A stretch of 64,000 nt of DNA from an uncultured bacterium (GTDB taxonomy: Bacteria > Eisenbacteria > RBG-16-71-46 > CAZHEV01): contig CAZHEV010000004.1 of assembly GCA_964531335.1 (NCBI GenBank), positions 26,958 to 90,957 of the forward strand. The letters are read 5' to 3'. Under the pieces are notes generated by a model, which had not been told where the DNA came from, did no database searches, and saw only the letters and a list, made by a program, of their open reading frames with translations. Position 1 is the first letter of the stretch. Every line of letters starts with the position of its first letter. Positions 60,861 through 64,000 of this stretch are shown piece after piece. The position numbers and the translations under genes are program-made.

Positions 60861-60975
60861 CCCCGCCTTTAATGAGCGGCCCGGTGAGGCCGAGAAGGGG
60901 GAACGATGCACTGTGGAAGGGACAGCAGGGTCTTCCGCCGGCGCAGAAGAGCGCCCGCGGCAAGGCCTTTTTTCT
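60861..60975 (+). promoter_or_regulatory. PyrR-binding RNA attenuator (binding loop plus terminator)
   Basis: CCTTTAA..GGCCCGGTGAGGCC..AGAAGG matches the PyrR loop consensus (CUUUAA, ARUCCNGNGAGGYU); terminator hairpin with T6 at 60929-60975; pyrR follows. Confidence 0.85.
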
Positions 60976-60998
60976 TGCCGGCCACCATCTTGTTCTAG

Positions 60999-61610
<612 letters not shown>

Positions 61611-61613
61611 GAG

Positions 61614-62564
61614 GTGACCGACTTGTTCAAGGGAACGAACCTGCTGGGACTCGAGACCCTGGAAGCGGGCGAGATCGAGAGCATTCTCGATACCGCCGAG
61701 TCATTCAGAGAAGTGCTGGAGCGGCCTATCAAGAAGGTCCCCACCCTCAGGGGACAGACGATAGTGAACCTCTTTTTCGAGCCGAGCACCAGGACGCGCG
61801 TCTCCTTCGAGCTGGCGGAGAAGAGGCTCAGCGCGGACTCGATAAACTTCTCCTCGTCCGGCAGCAGCGTCTCGAAGGGGGAGACCCTGAAGGACACGGC
61901 GCGCAACATAGAGGCGATGAACGTTGACATGCTGGTCATACGCCATCCCGCGGCCGGCGCGCCGCACTACCTTGCCACTTGCCTGGACGCGCGCGTGATA
62001 AACGCCGGAGACGGAGCGCACGAGCACCCCACGCAGGCCCTTCTGGACATGTTCACCGTGCGGCGCAGGGTCGGGCGCATAAAGGGGCTGCGGGTGGCCA
62101 TCATAGGGGACATCGCGCACAGCCGAGTGGCCCGGTCGAACATCTGGGGGTTCGGGAAAATGGGCGCCGGCGTCGCGGTGTGCGGGCCGAGCACCTTGAT
62201 GCCCGTCGAGGTGGACAAGATGGGCGTGGAGGTCTTCTGGAGGGTGGAGGAGGCGGTGGAGGGCGCGGACGTGGTCCTGGTCCTGCGACTCCAGCGCGAG
62301 AGGCAAAGGGACGTGTTCCTGCCGTCCTTGAGGGAATACGCCAGGATGTTCGGGGTCAACTCGGCCAAGTTGAAGCACGCCAAGGAGGGGGCCCTGGTGA
62401 TGCATCCCGGGCCCATAAACAGGGGCATAGAGATCGCCCAGGATGTCGCGGACGGCCCGTTCTCCGTGATACTGGAGCAGGTGACGAACGGAGTGGCCGT
62501 CAGGATGGCCGTCCTGTATCTCTTGGGCGGCGTCGAGGAGTCCAAGGAGGTAGTCGTCGCCTGA
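61614..62564 (+). CDS. pyrB: Aspartate carbamoyltransferase catalytic subunit
   Basis: [31 protein letters not shown]. Confidence 0.97.
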   Translation: MTDLFKGTNLLGLETLEAGEIESILDTAESFREVLERPIKKVPTLRGQTIVNLFFEPSTRTRVSFELAEKRLSADSINFSSSGSSVSKGETLKDTARNIEAMNVDMLVIRHPAAGAPHYLATCLDARVINAGDGAHEHPTQALLDMFTVRRRVGRIKGLRVAIIGDIAHSRVARSNIWGFGKMGAGVAVCGPSTLMPVEVDKMGVEVFWRVEEAVEGADVVLVLRLQRERQRDVFLPSLREYARMFGVNSAKLKHAKEGALVMHPGPINRGIEIAQDVADGPFSVILEQVTNGVAVRMAVLYLLGGVEESKEVVVA

Positions 62565-62605
62565 TCGAATTACGCCGTTCAGGTGGAGGAGGTGCGCTCG
62601 AGAAA

Positions 62606-63952
62606 ATGTCTGAAGGGAACAAGATGGATATCGGAGGCATGTACGTGTTGAGAGGGGGACTCGTCGTCGATCCGCTCGCGGAGTCGGAGACGGCGGTGGA
62701 CGTCCTGGTGAGAGGGGGGATCGTGGAAGCGATGGGCCCCGGCCTCGAGGTGGAGGGCGAGTGCGCCGAGCTCGACGTATCAGGGTCTCTGGTCTGCCCG
62801 GGGCTTATCGACATGCACGTGCACCTGCGCGAGCCAGGGCGCGAGGACAAGGAGACCATAGAGAGCGGCACCGCCGCGGCGGTGCGCGGCGGCTTCACCG
62901 CGGTCGCCTGTATGCCCAACACGGACCCTCCAATAGACAACCAGGGCGCGGTGTCCTTCGTTCTGGAGAGGGCGGCGCGATTTGGATCGTGCACGGTCCT
63001 GCCGGTCGCGTCCATCACCATGAAAAGGGAGGGAAAGGCGCTCACCGAGATGTTCGACCTGGCCGCGGCCGGCGCGGTCGCACTCAGCGACGATGGCGAT
63101 TCGGTGAAGGATGCGAGCGTCATGAGAAGGGCTCTGGAATACTCCGTCATGGCCGGCCTGCCCGTCATATCGCACTGCGAGGACAAGTCGCTCGCGGGAT
63201 CGGGCGTCATGCACGAGGGGGTCCTGTCGACGCGGCTGGGTCTCAAGGGGATACCCTCCGTCTCCGAGGAGGTTATCGTGAGCAGGGATATCGCCCTGGC
63301 CGAGTTGACGTCGGCTCGACTGCACCTCACGCACCTCAGCTCGGCCAGGTCGGTTGAGATGGTCAGAGAGGCCAAGGCCCGCGGAGTCAATGTCAGCGCG
63401 GATGTGACGCCGCACCACATCGCACTGACTCACGAGGCGGTCGTGGGCTACCGGACTTACGCCAAGGTCAATCCCCCTCTGAGGACCGAGAGAGACAGAA
63501 TGGCCCTCCTCGAGGGGCTCAAAGAAGGTACAATCGACTGTGTGGCCACCGATCATGCTCCCCACACGGAGATAGAGAAGGACGTCGAATTCGACGTGGC
63601 TCCTTTCGGCGCAATCGGGCTGGAGACGGCCGTCGGCGTGCTGTTCACCTATGCCGTGCGAACCGGGCTAATGTCGCGAGCCCGAGCCGTCGCCAGACTG
63701 ACCGCCGGCCCCGCGTCGGCCCTGGGCCTGCGGACGGCGGGGACCCTGCGTCAAGGGGGACGCGCGGACATCACCGTAATCGACCCCGAAATGACCTGGA
63801 CCGTGGATCCCGATCGCTTCGTCTCCAAGTCCAGGAACAGCCCGTTCGTGGGGCAGAGCCTGACCGGAGCGCCGGTGCTGACGATTGTGGGAGGGCGCGT
63901 GGCCCACATGGGCCGTGAGCTGCGGACCTCCGGCAAGCTGGAGGCGACCTAG
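62606..63952 (+). CDS. pyrC: Dihydroorotase (class I)
   Basis: DMHVHLREPG, MPNT.P, HCED, KVNPPLR, ATDHAPH, SKSRNSPF; start among 62606/62624/62639. Confidence 0.95.
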   Translation: MSEGNKMDIGGMYVLRGGLVVDPLAESETAVDVLVRGGIVEAMGPGLEVEGECAELDVSGSLVCPGLIDMHVHLREPGREDKETIESGTAAAVRGGFTAVACMPNTDPPIDNQGAVSFVLERAARFGSCTVLPVASITMKREGKALTEMFDLAAAGAVALSDDGDSVKDASVMRRALEYSVMAGLPVISHCEDKSLAGSGVMHEGVLSTRLGLKGIPSVSEEVIVSRDIALAELTSARLHLTHLSSARSVEMVREAKARGVNVSADVTPHHIALTHEAVVGYRTYAKVNPPLRTERDRMALLEGLKEGTIDCVATDHAPHTEIEKDVEFDVAPFGAIGLETAVGVLFTYAVRTGLMSRARAVARLTAGPASALGLRTAGTLRQGGRADITVIDPEMTWTVDPDRFVSKSRNSPFVGQSLTGAPVLTIVGGRVAHMGRELRTSGKLEAT

Positions 63953-64000
63953 GCGGAGCGCCCGCGTCAGGTGGAGCCGGAGCTGGAGGCGAGTCCGGCG

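Noticed and set aside
61979-62605. N-terminal extension of pyrC (657-aa ORF)
   Set aside because: It overlaps pyrB out of frame; dihydroorotase homology and the SD begin near 62606-62639

Overview
GC-rich bacterial chromosome segment with no phage, IS or CRISPR. The lineage is probably a diderm FCB-related candidate group such as Eisenbacteria/Krumholzibacteriota/Latescibacterota. This is inferred from the PorU-like C25 protease with a T9SS/FlgD-type C-terminal domain and from proteins ending in 'SWGAVKSLYR'. Gene order: rluD (partial), rsbV/rsbW-like pair, ruvX, mltG, larE, tRNA-Val; then a ~21 kb envelope/secretion block (four Cys-rich secreted proteins, three of them paralogs with a shared C-terminal PVxx[ST][ST]W[GA]xVKS[LI]YR tag, an AlkP-family lipoprotein, a GT-C/TPR protein, a membrane spermidine-synthase-like/TPR protein, two parvulin chaperones, a UbiA-family prenyltransferase with a membrane partner, and the C25 protease); clpB; a NYN RNase; PTS IIA; nuoJKLMN only; hemA; vanZ; phoH, 7TM-HD (PgpH-like), ybeY, two CBS/CorC proteins, DUF502, recO, fused glyQS; a Tad/Flp pilus operon lacking a secretin; a Lon with a degenerate ATPase; a sulfatase-TPR lipoprotein; and a PyrR attenuator with pyrRBC. 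The best candidate for an undescribed system is a short C-terminal sorting tag on strongly expressed, disulfide-rich secreted proteins, clustered with a PorU-like protease, chaperones and lipid/glycan transferases. Other notable signals are start-less 'super-SD' elements in long leaders, NrdR-like boxes before the Tad operon, a CpaB fused to a PilP/GspC-like domain, and the pseudo-ATPase Lon. All calls are by eye; no database searches or folding programs were run.
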